Source of the DNA: an uncultured Gammaproteobacteria bacterium
Lineage (GTDB): Bacteria > Pseudomonadota > Gammaproteobacteria > UBA4575
Assembly: GCA_905479295.1 (NCBI GenBank)
Contig: CAJQLY010000002.1
Location: forward strand, 7,812-71,811
Direction: 5' to 3'
DNA length: 64,000 nt
A model generated the notes under the pieces. It had not been told where the DNA came from. It did no database searches and saw only the letters and a list, made by a program, of their open reading frames with translations. The translations under genes and the position numbers were made by a program. This document shows positions 52,836 to 62,283 of this stretch, in pieces. The stretch's first letter is position 1; every line of letters starts with the position of its first letter.

Positions 52836-54389
52836 GTGACAATTTCAAAGACACAGATGGAAATCAGTAAGACTAAAATAAAACAGCTCGCAGAAATGAT
52901 TCCGGCGACCAATGTCTACGACGTGGCAGATGTCTCGGCGTTGACCTTTGCCAAGCGTTTGAGTGATCGTTATAGCAACCAAGTATGGTTGAAGCGTGAA
53001 GATCAACAGAGTGTTTTTTCATTTAAGTTGCGCGGTGCCTATAACAAAATATCCAATCTTTCTAAGGAGCAATTACAAGCGGGTGTGATTGCAGCTTCTG
53101 CGGGTAATCATGCACAAGGTGTTGCCTTAGCTGCACAGCGATTGAAGATTAATGCGCAAATCGTCATGCCAACCACCACACCACAAATTAAGGTCGAGTC
53201 AGTACGGGCAATGGGTGCTGAGGTAGTGTTGTATGGTGATAACTATGATGAGGCCTGCGGACATGCCTTAGAACTTGTTGCTACATCGGCACAAACTTTT
53301 ATTCACCCTTATGATGATATGGCTGTCATGGCCGGGCAAGGCACAGTCGCAAAAGAGATTTTAGAGCAATTTGAATCAGATATAGACGCAGTGTTTATTC
53401 CGGTAGGTGGTGGTGGCTTGATTGCTGGCATGTCAGCATGGTTACGTACGCACGCACCGAAGACTAAAATTATTGGTGTTGAGCCGGTAGATGCGCCAAC
53501 CTTACATGCCGCTATGGCAGCACAAGAGCGCGTTATCTTAGATCAGGTCGGTATCTTTGCCGATGGTGTTGCAGTAAAGCAGATTGGCGAAAATACGTTT
53601 GATGTGGCGCGCGAAACTGTGGATGAAGTGATTCTCGTTTCTATCGATGAGATGTGTGCCGCGATACATGATATTTTTGATGACACACGCGTGTTATCTG
53701 AGCCTGCTGGTGCGCTGGCTGTTGCTGGTATGAAAAAATATATCAGCAGAGAAAACTGTAAAGATCAAAATCTAGTGGCTGTTAATTCTGGTGCCAATGT
53801 TAATTTTGATCGCTTACGGCATGTGGTCGAGCGCTCCGAGGTTGGTGAGGGACGTGAAGGTTTATTTGCGGTAACGATTCCAGAAGAGAAGGGTAGCTTT
53901 TTACGATTCTGCTCAATTATTGGAAGATGCAGTATCAGTGAATTCAATTATCGGTACTCAAAGGCTTCTGAGGCGCATATTTTCTTAGGCGTGAAGTTTG
54001 AGCATGCACAACCAGAAAAAATGGCGATGATCGAAAGGCTGACGGACAACGGCTATGCGGTTGTAGATATTTCAGATAATGAGATGGCAAAGTTACATTT
54101 GAGGCACCTGGTTGGTGGTCACTCGCCTGAGTTGGAAGATGAATTTTTAGTTCGCTTTGAGTTTCCAGAGAGGCCTGGGGCTTTGCTGCAGTTTTTAGAA
54201 GGCATGGGTTCGCGATGGAATATCAGTCTCTTTCATTATCGCAATCATGGCTCTGCCTATGGTCGTGTGCTGGTTGGTGCACAGGTGGCAGAACAAGAAC
54301 GTGATGCATTCCGAGCCTTTTTAGATGATTTGGGCTATAGATATCATCAAGAGTCAGATAACCCCGTCTATCCTCTATTTTTGAGATAG
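52836..54389 (+). CDS. ilvA: biosynthetic threonine dehydratase (start uncertain: GTG 52836 / ATG 52857 / ATG 52896)
   Basis: 517 aa, collinear with E. coli IlvA, including two ACT-like regulatory domains. Confidence 0.9.
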   Translation: MTISKTQMEISKTKIKQLAEMIPATNVYDVADVSALTFAKRLSDRYSNQVWLKREDQQSVFSFKLRGAYNKISNLSKEQLQAGVIAASAGNHAQGVALAAQRLKINAQIVMPTTTPQIKVESVRAMGAEVVLYGDNYDEACGHALELVATSAQTFIHPYDDMAVMAGQGTVAKEILEQFESDIDAVFIPVGGGGLIAGMSAWLRTHAPKTKIIGVEPVDAPTLHAAMAAQERVILDQVGIFADGVAVKQIGENTFDVARETVDEVILVSIDEMCAAIHDIFDDTRVLSEPAGALAVAGMKKYISRENCKDQNLVAVNSGANVNFDRLRHVVERSEVGEGREGLFAVTIPEEKGSFLRFCSIIGRCSISEFNYRYSKASEAHIFLGVKFEHAQPEKMAMIERLTDNGYAVVDISDNEMAKLHLRHLVGGHSPELEDEFLVRFEFPERPGALLQFLEGMGSRWNISLFHYRNHGSAYGRVLVGAQVAEQERDAFRAFLDDLGYRYHQESDNPVYPLFLR

Positions 54390-54392
54390 CAT

Positions 54393-54421
54393 AAAAAAAG
54401 GGCCCTGTAGGGCCCTTTTTA
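54393..54421. terminator. bidirectional terminator (A7, AGGGCCC-tgt-GGGCCCT, T5)
   Basis: Perfect GC hairpin flanked by A- and T-runs, between convergent genes. Confidence 0.8.
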
Positions 54422-54434
54422 GGTCTTACCCAGC

Positions 54435-54713
54435 TTATTTTCGTTTAGCTGGAGCTTTTTTCTTTGCTGCTACCTTTTTCTTAGGAGCTGCTTTTTTCTT
54501 CGCTGCTACCTTTTTCTTAGGAGCTGCTTTTTTCTTCGCTGCTACCTTTTTCTTAGGAGCCGCTTTTTTCTTCGCTGCTACCTTTTTCTTAGGAGCTGCT
54601 TTTTTCTTTGCTGCTACCTTTTTCTTAGGAGCTGCTTTTTTCTTCGCTGCTACCTTTTTCTTAGGAGCCGCTTTTTTCTTCGCAGTTGCAGTCTTGCGTT
54701 TGATGGCCATCAA
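54435..54713 (-). CDS. histone H1-like / AlgP-like Lys-Ala-Pro-rich repeat protein
   Basis: The 92-aa ORF reads MMAIKRKTATAKKK followed by (AAPKKKVAAKKK) x6. The codon periodicity follows the repeats. An AT-rich promoter region lies upstream. Confidence 0.65.
   Translation of the reverse strand: MMAIKRKTATAKKKAAPKKKVAAKKKAAPKKKVAAKKKAAPKKKVAAKKKAAPKKKVAAKKKAAPKKKVAAKKKAAPKKKVAAKKKAPAKRK
54447..54681. repeat. about 6.5 copies of a 36-bp tandem repeat (GCTGCTACCTTTTTCTTAGGAGCTGCTTTTTTCTTC) with only C/T point variants
   Basis: Directly visible in the sequence. It forms the coding repeats of the Lys-rich protein. Confidence 0.95.
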
Positions 54714-54906
54714 ATATTCCTCCGAACTCGAATGTTAATATAAGAACGAAATTGAGTATAAACAACAAAAGTAAAAAAGCTACTTTATTTTACTTTCAAT
54801 TTAAATGTTATGAGTAATTATTTTTTTATAATTTTAGAATGAAGATAAAATTTAATGCGGTGTAAGCGTTGAAAAATTTGTTACAAGGAATATTTTTTTG
54901 AAAAAA

Positions 54907-55359
54907 TTATTCCATTGTTAATATTAGATTCCATTCATCTTCACTCACCGGCATAACAGATAAGCGATTACCTTTGCGGACTAAAGCCATCTCCTCTAAA
55001 CCCTTTGTTTCACGCAGTTCTTGTAGGCTAATAACGCGTTTCATCTTGCGCTTATACTTAACATCAACCATAAACCAACGGGGTTTATCTGGGTCGCTTT
55101 TGGGATCGTAATGTTTATCTTTTGGATCAAATGCTGTGTGGTCTGGATAACTTTCTTTGTGCACAGTCATCACGCCAACAATACCAATTTCATCGCAATT
55201 TGAGTGATAGAGAAATGCTAAATCACCTTTTTTCATTTGATCACGCATCATGTTGCGCGCTTGATAGTTGCGTACACCATCCCAATGCTCAACTTTATCT
55301 CGCTTTAAATGATCGATGCTGTATTCGCTGGGCTCTGACTTCATTAACCAATATTGCAT
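54907..55359 (-). CDS. EVE (PUA-like) domain protein
   Basis: MQYWLMKSEPSEYSIDHL... matches the EVE pattern. Confidence 0.8.
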   Translation of the reverse strand: MQYWLMKSEPSEYSIDHLKRDKVEHWDGVRNYQARNMMRDQMKKGDLAFLYHSNCDEIGIVGVMTVHKESYPDHTAFDPKDKHYDPKSDPDKPRWFMVDVKYKRKMKRVISLQELRETKGLEEMALVRKGNRLSVMPVSEDEWNLILTME

Positions 55360-55446
55360 AGTGATTCTCGCTGATGACTTACCTGGATCACTAAACAGTT
55401 AGCGATAGGTGATGTGTTTGGGATTGGGGATTGATACGGTTTAAGA

Positions 55447-55630
55447 GTGCGCTCTCCAAAGTACCGTGGTTTTCCGCGTACCTTGAACCAAAGGTTCAAG
55501 TGGGACTGTGGTTGACAGTGTTAGGCTCTCCGCAGAACGGATATGCACACTACTATCAAACCGAACAACCCCGAGGTGTGTTAATAGGCTCAAGGGGATT
55601 AACGGCTGACTCACAAATACTTCAGAGGCA
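55447..55630 (-). ncRNA. ssrS: 6S RNA (SsrS)
   Basis: The minus strand carries CCCCUUGAGCC..., CACUUGAACCUUUGGUUCAAGGUACGCGG and GGAGAGCGC. These match the E. coli 6S central-bubble and 3-prime closing-stem regions. The 5-prime CUCUGAAGUA can pair with the 3-prime UACUUUGGAGAG. It lies immediately downstream of zapA, as in E. coli and Pseudomonas. Confidence 0.75.
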
Positions 55631-55655
55631 CATCCTTAGTTTACGCCGCGTAGCT

Positions 55656-55970
55656 TTATAACTCCAACTGTTGGCTAGTACGAATAGCTTCTTCTAGGCG
55701 GTCATTTAGACTACGTAATTTGTTAGTTATATGCTCAGACTTGGACTCATTCGTCTCTTTAGTCTCTAGGTAATCATTGGCCATATTCAATGCAGCCATA
55801 ATCGTGACGCGATCTGAACCAATAGCATTACCACCTTCACGGACTTCTACAATGCGCTGATTGAGCAGGTCGACCGAGGCGCGTAGCGCTGACTCTTGGC
55901 CTGTTGCACAGGCGATACGATATTCTTTTTCAAGCACCTTGACGGCGATTGGACTGCTTTTACTACTCAT
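55656..55970 (-). CDS. zapA: cell division protein ZapA
   Basis: 104 aa, ZapA pattern (VKVLEKEYRIACATGQESALRASVDLLNQRI). Confidence 0.85.
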   Translation of the reverse strand: MSSKSSPIAVKVLEKEYRIACATGQESALRASVDLLNQRIVEVREGGNAIGSDRVTIMAALNMANDYLETKETNESKSEHITNKLRSLNDRLEEAIRTSQQLEL

Positions 55971-56176
55971 TCACTCTGCTCTAACGATTTTAGTCGATCG
56001 AGGATCTTTTCTACTCGAATCCGCGCTTGGTCTTGTTTTTCCAAGAGGTTTTCACGTTCAGTGCTGAATTCAACTTTCTGCTCGCGCAATTGTCGATTTT
56101 CGTCTTTTAATTGTGCGCATATCGCTATCAATTCATCGATACGCATCTCTAATCTTTTAAGGTCTTCGTCTTGCAC
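55967..56176 (-). CDS. small coiled-coil protein upstream of zapA (ZapB-like / TIGR02449-like)
   Basis: 69 aa, heptad-rich (LKRLEMRIDELIAICAQLKDENRQLREQ). It overlaps the zapA start by 4 nt. Confidence 0.6.
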   Translation of the reverse strand: MQDEDLKRLEMRIDELIAICAQLKDENRQLREQKVEFSTERENLLEKQDQARIRVEKILDRLKSLEQSE

Positions 56177-56305
56177 TACGCTGTCCTAAATGGAATATCT
56201 TCATGATAGTAGTTTTTGTATTGTCGCCGGTCAATCTTCTTGAGCAGATCAAATTTATTTTATTAGGGCTTAAAAGCAGAAAGCTTTAGGTGTTAAACTC
56301 TTTCT

Positions 56306-56857
56306 ATGTATTTACCTAGCTATAATCAAGTTGAAGCCCTCCTAGAAAATGTTGCTTTAGAAAAGCGTGCCTCTGAGTGGCATGGTTTCCTTTGTGGTGC
56401 GATAGCAGTGGATATTGCTTATCCGCTAGTAACATCTATTCAAACAATGCTCTCAAATACCGCAGAAGTCGCTATGGGCAACGATTTAAGCGGGCAATTT
56501 GATGAGGTTTACAGCACTGTACTCGCACAGCTAACCGACTCTAATCTGCAATTCCAACTATGTTTGCCTGAAGGTGAAGATGTTGGTCTTGGTGAACAGG
56601 TGAATGCCTTGGCAGAATGGTGTGCGGGCTTTCTCTATGGCCTCGCCAATGCCGGTATTCAAACAAAAGGTACACTTAGTGCCGATGTGCAAGAAATATT
56701 ACAAGATGTTGGTGCGATAGCGCAGGTAGATGGCGTAGAACTAGCTAATGAGGAAGAAGAAGTCTCTTTTATCGAGTTGGTCGAGTTTGTGCGTGTGGCT
56801 GTTTTGTTACTGGCCGAAGAAGTTCAGCCGATGAAGTCGTCAAGAACAGTACATTAA
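56306..56857 (+). CDS. ygfB: YgfB/UPF0149 family protein
   Basis: 183 aa; position and pattern (WHGFLCG...EWCAGFLYG). Confidence 0.8.
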   Translation: MYLPSYNQVEALLENVALEKRASEWHGFLCGAIAVDIAYPLVTSIQTMLSNTAEVAMGNDLSGQFDEVYSTVLAQLTDSNLQFQLCLPEGEDVGLGEQVNALAEWCAGFLYGLANAGIQTKGTLSADVQEILQDVGAIAQVDGVELANEEEEVSFIELVEFVRVAVLLLAEEVQPMKSSRTVH

Positions 56858-57009
56858 ACCTCGTACAGGCCTGTTGATGGCCTTCTGCTTGATCGAAACG
56901 CGTTATTATTCAATACCAGCTAAAAGCCTATTATGTTGATCAATGATGAAAGGCATTTTTCTTCAGGCCGGATGCGAAATCTTAAGTTGAGTATGAGATA
57001 GATTAGGTT

Positions 57010-58320
57010 ATGAATAAAGAATTTATAAAGCGTCGTAAAAATCTAATGCGAATGATGGGTGAAGATGCGATCGCGATCTTACCAGCGGCCACTGTGAAAA
57101 CACGAAACCGCGATGTAGAGCATGATTACCGACAAGATAGTGACTTCCTCTATGTCACTGGCTTTGAAGAGCCAGAAGCGGTTGCGGTACTGATACCTGG
57201 TCGTGGTCATGGCCAATACATTCTTTTTTCTCGTGAACGCAATGAAGAAATGGAGACCTGGCATGGACGTCGTGCCGGACAGCAAGGTGCACTAGAGCGC
57301 TATGACGCCGATGATGCGTTTCCAATTAGTGACATTGATGAAATTCTCCCCGGTCTGTTAGAACAGCGTCAGCGTGTGTTTTACACCATGGGTATCAGCG
57401 ATGAGTTTGACCAACGCGTATTGGCTTGGCTCAAGCAGCTGCGTGACAATAGTCGTAGTGGTACGCAGGCACCGCATGAATTGATTTCTCTGGATTACTT
57501 CCTACATGAGATGCGTCTGTTTAAATCACCCAAAGAAATCAAATTAATGAAGACTGCGGCCAAGGCCTCGGTCAATGCACACCAGCGTGCGCTTCAAAGC
57601 TGTAAGCCAGGCCTGTATGAATATCAGGTCGAGGCTGAATTACTGTATGAATTTAAGCAGGCGGGCTGTGCAACTGCTTACCCATCTATTGTCGGCGGCG
57701 GTGCTAATGGCTGTATCTTACATTACACTGAAAACAATGAAGCCTTACAGGATGGTGATCTATTACTGATTGATGCTGGTGCTGAATATCAAGGTTACGC
57801 CAGTGATATCACCCGTACCTTTCCAGTTAACGGAACCTTTTCTGATGCACAACGTGCGCTTTATGATTTAGTGCTAGAGGCACAACTGGCGGCTATCGAT
57901 GCGGTGCAGCCAGGTAATCATTGGGATCAGCCGCATATAGAGGCAGTCAAGGTGTTGACTAAGGGCATGGTCAAACTAGGCATTCTTAAAGGTCGACCTG
58001 CACAGCTAATTAAAGAAGGTGCTTACCGAAAGTATTATATGCATCGTACCGGTCATTGGCTGGGTTTGGATGTACATGATGTTGGTGATTATAAGATTGA
58101 TGATCAATGGCGTATTTTTGAGCCAGGCATGGTGTTAACCGTTGAGCCAGGTATTTACATCCCAGAGGGTAGCCGAGGCGTGCCGAAATGTTATTGGAAT
58201 ACCGGTATTCGGATCGAGGATGATGTTCGCGTGACTAAAGACGGTAACGAAGTGTTAACCCAAGCCTTGGTTAAATCATCAGAAGACATTGAGGCCCTCA
58301 TGGCCACTAGTGTTGCCTAG
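57010..58320 (+). CDS. pepP: Xaa-Pro aminopeptidase
   Basis: 436 aa; M24B motifs (HGxGHxLGLDVHD, EPGIY). Confidence 0.9.
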   Translation: MNKEFIKRRKNLMRMMGEDAIAILPAATVKTRNRDVEHDYRQDSDFLYVTGFEEPEAVAVLIPGRGHGQYILFSRERNEEMETWHGRRAGQQGALERYDADDAFPISDIDEILPGLLEQRQRVFYTMGISDEFDQRVLAWLKQLRDNSRSGTQAPHELISLDYFLHEMRLFKSPKEIKLMKTAAKASVNAHQRALQSCKPGLYEYQVEAELLYEFKQAGCATAYPSIVGGGANGCILHYTENNEALQDGDLLLIDAGAEYQGYASDITRTFPVNGTFSDAQRALYDLVLEAQLAAIDAVQPGNHWDQPHIEAVKVLTKGMVKLGILKGRPAQLIKEGAYRKYYMHRTGHWLGLDVHDVGDYKIDDQWRIFEPGMVLTVEPGIYIPEGSRGVPKCYWNTGIRIEDDVRVTKDGNEVLTQALVKSSEDIEALMATSVA

Positions 58321-58342
58321 CTAGGCGCGCAAATTAGTTCCC

Positions 58343-59560
58343 ATGCCTATGCAAGATGATATTAAACAATATGATGTGGTCATCGTCGGTGGTGGTCTCA
58401 TCGGCATGGCGCTGGCTACTGCCTTGGCTAAGTCGCCACTATCGATATTACTCTTAGAACAAAATACAGTGGCTGCAGTCGCCGCCAATATTCTTGATTT
58501 ACGTACCACTGGTCTGTCTCGAAGCTCAGCTGCCATCTTTCAACAGGTCGGCCTATGGGAAAAGATCGAGCCGATAGTGACGGCTATCGAAAAACTCGAT
58601 ATTTCAGAGCAGGGTGGTTACGGCAGCGCACGCATCGATGCGCGTGAATTTGAGATGTCCCCTGTCGGTTACATGGCGCCTAATCTCGACTTAATCAAAA
58701 TCCTCAGTGAGTACGTGCAAGGGCTGGAGAATGTCAGCATACAGACGCCTGCAAGCTTAGTGGCGCTAGAAAAGAATGCACAGGGCTATTTGCTGCAATG
58801 CACTAGTGCTGAGGCCGAGCTGCAGGTACAGGCGAGGCTGCTGGTTGGTGCCGATGGTGCGCGCTCTAAGTTACGCTCTTTATTAGATATCGATGCCAGC
58901 CATAAAGATTATGGGCAAACTGCGATTATTAGTAACGTACGGCCAGAAAAGTTACACAATAACTGCGCCTATGAGCGTTTTACCGAGCACGGACCACTAG
59001 CAATATTACCGATTCAAGATCAACACTGTGCGTTGATCTGGACGCATGCCAGTGAACAGGCTGCGGCACATATGGCGTTAGATGATGCTGCTTTTTTGGC
59101 AGCCTTGCAGCAAGCCTTTGGCCATCGCTTGGGGCGCTTAGAGGCGGTTGGCAAGCGTGTCTCCTATCCATTGTCGATGACCACAGCCAACGAACTGTAT
59201 AAACCGGCTGCAGTACTCATCGGTAATGCTGCACAGTCGGTGCACCCGGTAGCTGCGCAGGGTTTTAACCTAGGTCTACGGGACGTGCAGAGTTTAGTCG
59301 GCCTACTGCAGCAGCAAGATTATCAATTAGATCGGCTGGATCAGTTACTCAAGATCTATGCAGATAGCCGCGTCACCGATCGAGAACATGTGATTAAACT
59401 GACCGATGGTTTAACACGGATGTTTGCAGCACAGTTTCCAGCGGCACGTGCATTACGCGGTGTCGGTTTACGCGTGCTCGGAGCACTAGCACCATTACAG
59501 CGTGTGTTACTGAATCGAAACAGTGGCATGCGTTACCTCAATCATTGGTTCGATCAGTAG
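58343..59560 (+). CDS. ubiH: 2-octaprenyl-6-methoxyphenol hydroxylase (FAD monooxygenase)
   Basis: YDVVIVGGGLIGMA FAD motif; GDAAH-type motif (GNAAQSVHPVAAQGFNLGLRD). Sits after pepP as in E. coli. Confidence 0.85.
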   Translation: MPMQDDIKQYDVVIVGGGLIGMALATALAKSPLSILLLEQNTVAAVAANILDLRTTGLSRSSAAIFQQVGLWEKIEPIVTAIEKLDISEQGGYGSARIDAREFEMSPVGYMAPNLDLIKILSEYVQGLENVSIQTPASLVALEKNAQGYLLQCTSAEAELQVQARLLVGADGARSKLRSLLDIDASHKDYGQTAIISNVRPEKLHNNCAYERFTEHGPLAILPIQDQHCALIWTHASEQAAAHMALDDAAFLAALQQAFGHRLGRLEAVGKRVSYPLSMTTANELYKPAAVLIGNAAQSVHPVAAQGFNLGLRDVQSLVGLLQQQDYQLDRLDQLLKIYADSRVTDREHVIKLTDGLTRMFAAQFPAARALRGVGLRVLGALAPLQRVLLNRNSGMRYLNHWFDQ

Positions 59561-59575
59561 GCATATAATTAGAGC

Positions 59576-60775
59576 ATGGCGCAGGCAATAGAAGATTTTG
59601 ATGTAGTGATTGTGGGTGGTGGCATCGTTGGCCTCAGTGCCGCTTGTGTACTCGCACCAATAGTTGGGCGCATTGCCTTGGTCAATAAAATACCAGCCCC
59701 TGAATGGTCGGCTGAAAGTGATTATAGTTTGCGTGTCAGTGCGATTAATCTGGCCAGCCAAAAATTACTGACAGAGATTGGTATCTGGGATGAGATTCAA
59801 CAGATGCGTTGCACGCCTTATCACGACATGGTGGTGTGGCAAGGCCTGGCCGATGCGGAAGTGCATTTTTCTGCCAATATGACACGCCATCATTCGCTAG
59901 GTACGATTGTTGAGAATACTGTTTTATTGCAGGCGCTGAGCCAACGGGTGCAAACCCTGGCCAATGTAAGCCGGTATGAACCTAGTAGCATGCAGAATTT
60001 TTCAGAATTATCCGATAACAGTATCTTGATCGAGTTAGAAGACCAGCAGGGACAAAGTCATCGTTTAACCAGCCGCCTATTGATTGGCGCCGATGGCGTT
60101 CACTCTAAGGTGCGCAGTTGTGCTGGCATCTCGGCGGCACGGCAAGACTATCAACAGGCTGGTGTGGTCTGCACCGTGATCGCTGAAAAAGCACATCAAG
60201 ATACCGCCTGGCAATGTTTTACTGAGCAAGGCCCTTTGGCCTTACTGCCGTTAGCAGGCAAACACTGTTCGATAGTCTGGAGTCTACCGACTGCGCAAGC
60301 AGAACAGATGCTGGCCTTATCGGATGAAGAGTTTAACGCTAGGCTGAGTATGGCCAGTGAATATCGCTTAGGAGGCCTACAGATTGCGTCTAAGCGAGTT
60401 TCATTCCCACTTGCCGGTAGCCAGGCGAATGAATACGTTGGTCGTAGAGTGGTCCTCTTAGGTGATGCTGCGCACGCCATCCATCCATTAGCAGGTCTGG
60501 GTCTTAATCTCGGTTTAGAAGATCTAGTGTGTTTACAACAATTAATCCAGGCGAGTGATCGAGAGTTAGGCAGTGAGCGCGTATTACAGTGTTATCAACG
60601 TGCTAGAAAAACTGAAAATAGCTCGATGCAACAAGCCTTAGAAGCGATCGATAAGCTTTTTCGTCAGCCACAACCTTGGTTTCGCAGTCTGCGCTCCTTA
60701 GGTTTCTCTGCGAGCAATCGCTGCAAGCCAATAAAAATGGCGTTTATGCGCCGTGCCCTCGGTGTGCCGTTATAA
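59576..60775 (+). CDS. ubiI: 2-octaprenylphenol hydroxylase UbiI/VisC-like FAD monooxygenase
   Basis: FDVVIVGGGIVGL; GDAAHAIHPLAGLGLNLGLED. Follows ubiH. Confidence 0.8.
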   Translation: MAQAIEDFDVVIVGGGIVGLSAACVLAPIVGRIALVNKIPAPEWSAESDYSLRVSAINLASQKLLTEIGIWDEIQQMRCTPYHDMVVWQGLADAEVHFSANMTRHHSLGTIVENTVLLQALSQRVQTLANVSRYEPSSMQNFSELSDNSILIELEDQQGQSHRLTSRLLIGADGVHSKVRSCAGISAARQDYQQAGVVCTVIAEKAHQDTAWQCFTEQGPLALLPLAGKHCSIVWSLPTAQAEQMLALSDEEFNARLSMASEYRLGGLQIASKRVSFPLAGSQANEYVGRRVVLLGDAAHAIHPLAGLGLNLGLEDLVCLQQLIQASDRELGSERVLQCYQRARKTENSSMQQALEAIDKLFRQPQPWFRSLRSLGFSASNRCKPIKMAFMRRALGVPL

Positions 60776-60885
60776 GGCGATGATTACGGCAGATGCGTGC
60801 TTACCAGCGACCGCTGGATAGGCTATTATCTGCGCTGATTTATTTTGCCCCTACGATTGGCACCACTACAGTAAGAGAGAATGCG

Positions 60886-61134
60886 ATGAAAGAACTTAAA
60901 AAAACCGGTGAATTCACCATCTTTGAAAAAAAATCAGGTCGTTACGCAGTAAAAAATGCAGAGCGTAAGATTGTCAGCGCTGAAGAAAAGCAAAAGATCT
61001 TATTAGAAGCAGGTCTGATTAAGCTGAGTGAGCCGAAAGCGGTAGCACCGGCCGAAGAAGCGCCAGCTGAGGAAGCGGCAGCAGAAGACGCTCCTGCGGA
61101 AGACGCTCCTGCGGAAGACGCAGCAGCCGAGTAA
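60886..61134 (+). CDS. small hypothetical protein with acidic Ala/Glu/Asp/Pro-rich repeat tail (the track ORF starts at 60793; the Met at 60886 is the likelier start)
   Basis: MKELKKTGEFTIFEKKSGRYAVKNAERKIVSAEEKQKILLEAGLIKLSEPK followed by AEEAPAEEAAAEDAPAEDAPAEDAAAE. The 15-bp unit GCGGAAGACGCTCCT repeats about 3 times. Confidence 0.45.
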   Translation: MKELKKTGEFTIFEKKSGRYAVKNAERKIVSAEEKQKILLEAGLIKLSEPKAVAPAEEAPAEEAAAEDAPAEDAPAEDAAAE

Positions 61135-61230
61135 GTTTACACCCCATCACTAGTATGTCGGTGGAGTCCTAACTGCCCACCAGCATGCTAGTGATGTTTA
61201 ATCATTTCAATCTAGAAAAAAGGAATTTTT

Positions 61231-61512
61231 ATGGCTAAGGCAAGCGCACGACATATCCTAGTTGCAGACGAACAGGGCTGTAACGATCTAAAAACAAAAA
61301 TTGCAGAAGGCGCAGATTTTGCGGCGGTAGCACAAGAACATTCAAGCTGCCCATCAGGTGCTCAAGGTGGTGATCTAGGTGAGTTCAGTCCTGGCATGAT
61401 GGTACGTGAATTTGACGAAGTCGTTTTCAGTGCACCACTCAACGAAGTGCAGGGTCCGGTTAAGACTCAGTTTGGTTACCACTTATTAGAAGTGACCAAC
61501 CGCAGTGACTAA
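61231..61512 (+). CDS. ppiC: parvulin-type peptidyl-prolyl cis-trans isomerase PpiC
   Basis: 93 aa; ARHILV...GGDLGEF...GYHLLEV. Confidence 0.85.
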   Translation: MAKASARHILVADEQGCNDLKTKIAEGADFAAVAQEHSSCPSGAQGGDLGEFSPGMMVREFDEVVFSAPLNEVQGPVKTQFGYHLLEVTNRSD

Positions 61513-61837
61513 GTACCAATCATCAGCATCACTATCAGTACTTAGTCGTCGGCTAGGTGCTGACCCCTCAAGCGATGCTCGGCAACTGTCGATGTCGGCG
61601 CTTACAAAAAGCTAACGACATCGACAGCTCTGCCAATTTCTTTATAAAAAGCTAGTGAATGTCCTTGATTTAATTTTTTATTAAGTATACAACTACAATA
61701 GTTGATTTTAAAAATTAGTAAATTACCCCTCCTTAGGCAGCCTGTCCTTTGATTGCTAGAGGCTGGTAGAGAGTCATTATCAACAATGTCCTGCTTTTGC
61801 TATTGGTGATATAAGGCGTTAGGTATATGAGGGGCTT

Positions 61838-62283
61838 ATGAAGTTAGTGATAATTATTTCAGTGCTGTTTTTCACTATTTGGGCAGTATTTAATGCATTT
61901 TTGCTTGGTTATATTCCTATTGAGTTTATCCCAGAAAAAATAAATAGTTTTAAATCACCACAATCAATAGCATCTTTAGGTGACTCAGCTTCTATCCTAG
62001 ACAGTTTTTTTCTTCCTTTGCATTAATCTTGGGACTAATTGCAGTATTAATGCAAGGCCTAGAATTAAAGGCTTCAACTGCTGCGCAAACTGAACAAGCA
62101 GTAGCGTTGACAGAGCAAATCAAACAACAGCAAGAGTCAAATCGTGTGGGTGCCTATACAGCTTGTCTGCAGTTTTTATTATCTGGAGCAGATCGAATAG
62201 ATTTAAAAATAACTCAGTTAGTTGTTGAGGTTGAAACCATTTCGGATTTACAAAAAAAAAGCAGAAAAATGGGATTTAATTAA
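61838..62283 (+). pseudogene. low-GC ORF apparently split by a +1 frameshift at a T7 tract (62005-62011); hypothetical membrane protein remnant
   Basis: ORF 61838..62026 and ORF 62029..62283 join as a continuous hydrophobic reading (..ILDSFF/SSFALILGLIAVLMQGL..) if the T-run length changes by one. A second homopolymer, A9 at 62252-62260, lies before the stop. Confidence 0.3.

Noticed and set aside
52772-52912. N-terminal 47-residue extension of the rpiA ORF in the track
   Set aside because: Hydrophobic and not RpiA-like. The conserved RpiA N-terminus begins at the internal Met (52771). The extension would overlap the ilvA promoter and start region.
54447-54681. Considered whether the 36-bp tandem array could be a CRISPR array or a non-coding satellite
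   Set aside because: Repeats are contiguous with no spacers and keep an open reading frame encoding a Lys-rich repeat protein that has its own start, stop and upstream AT-rich promoter.
54887-54913. AT-rich inverted repeat GGAATATTTTTTTG / AAAAAATTATTCC overlapping the EVE-gene stop codon
   Set aside because: One mismatch and almost pure A/T; too weak to call a terminator confidently.
55431-55661. 76-aa + strand ORF in the zapA-EVE intergenic region
   Set aside because: The region is better explained as the 6S RNA gene on the minus strand. No RBS, and the sequence is highly structured.
55861-56189. Two + strand ORFs of 68 and 97 aa
   Set aside because: Antisense to zapA and the ZapB-like gene. 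Cys/Ser-rich low-complexity translations.
59507-59761. 84-aa minus-strand ORF across the ubiH/ubiI junction
   Set aside because: Antisense to two strongly supported FAD monooxygenase genes.
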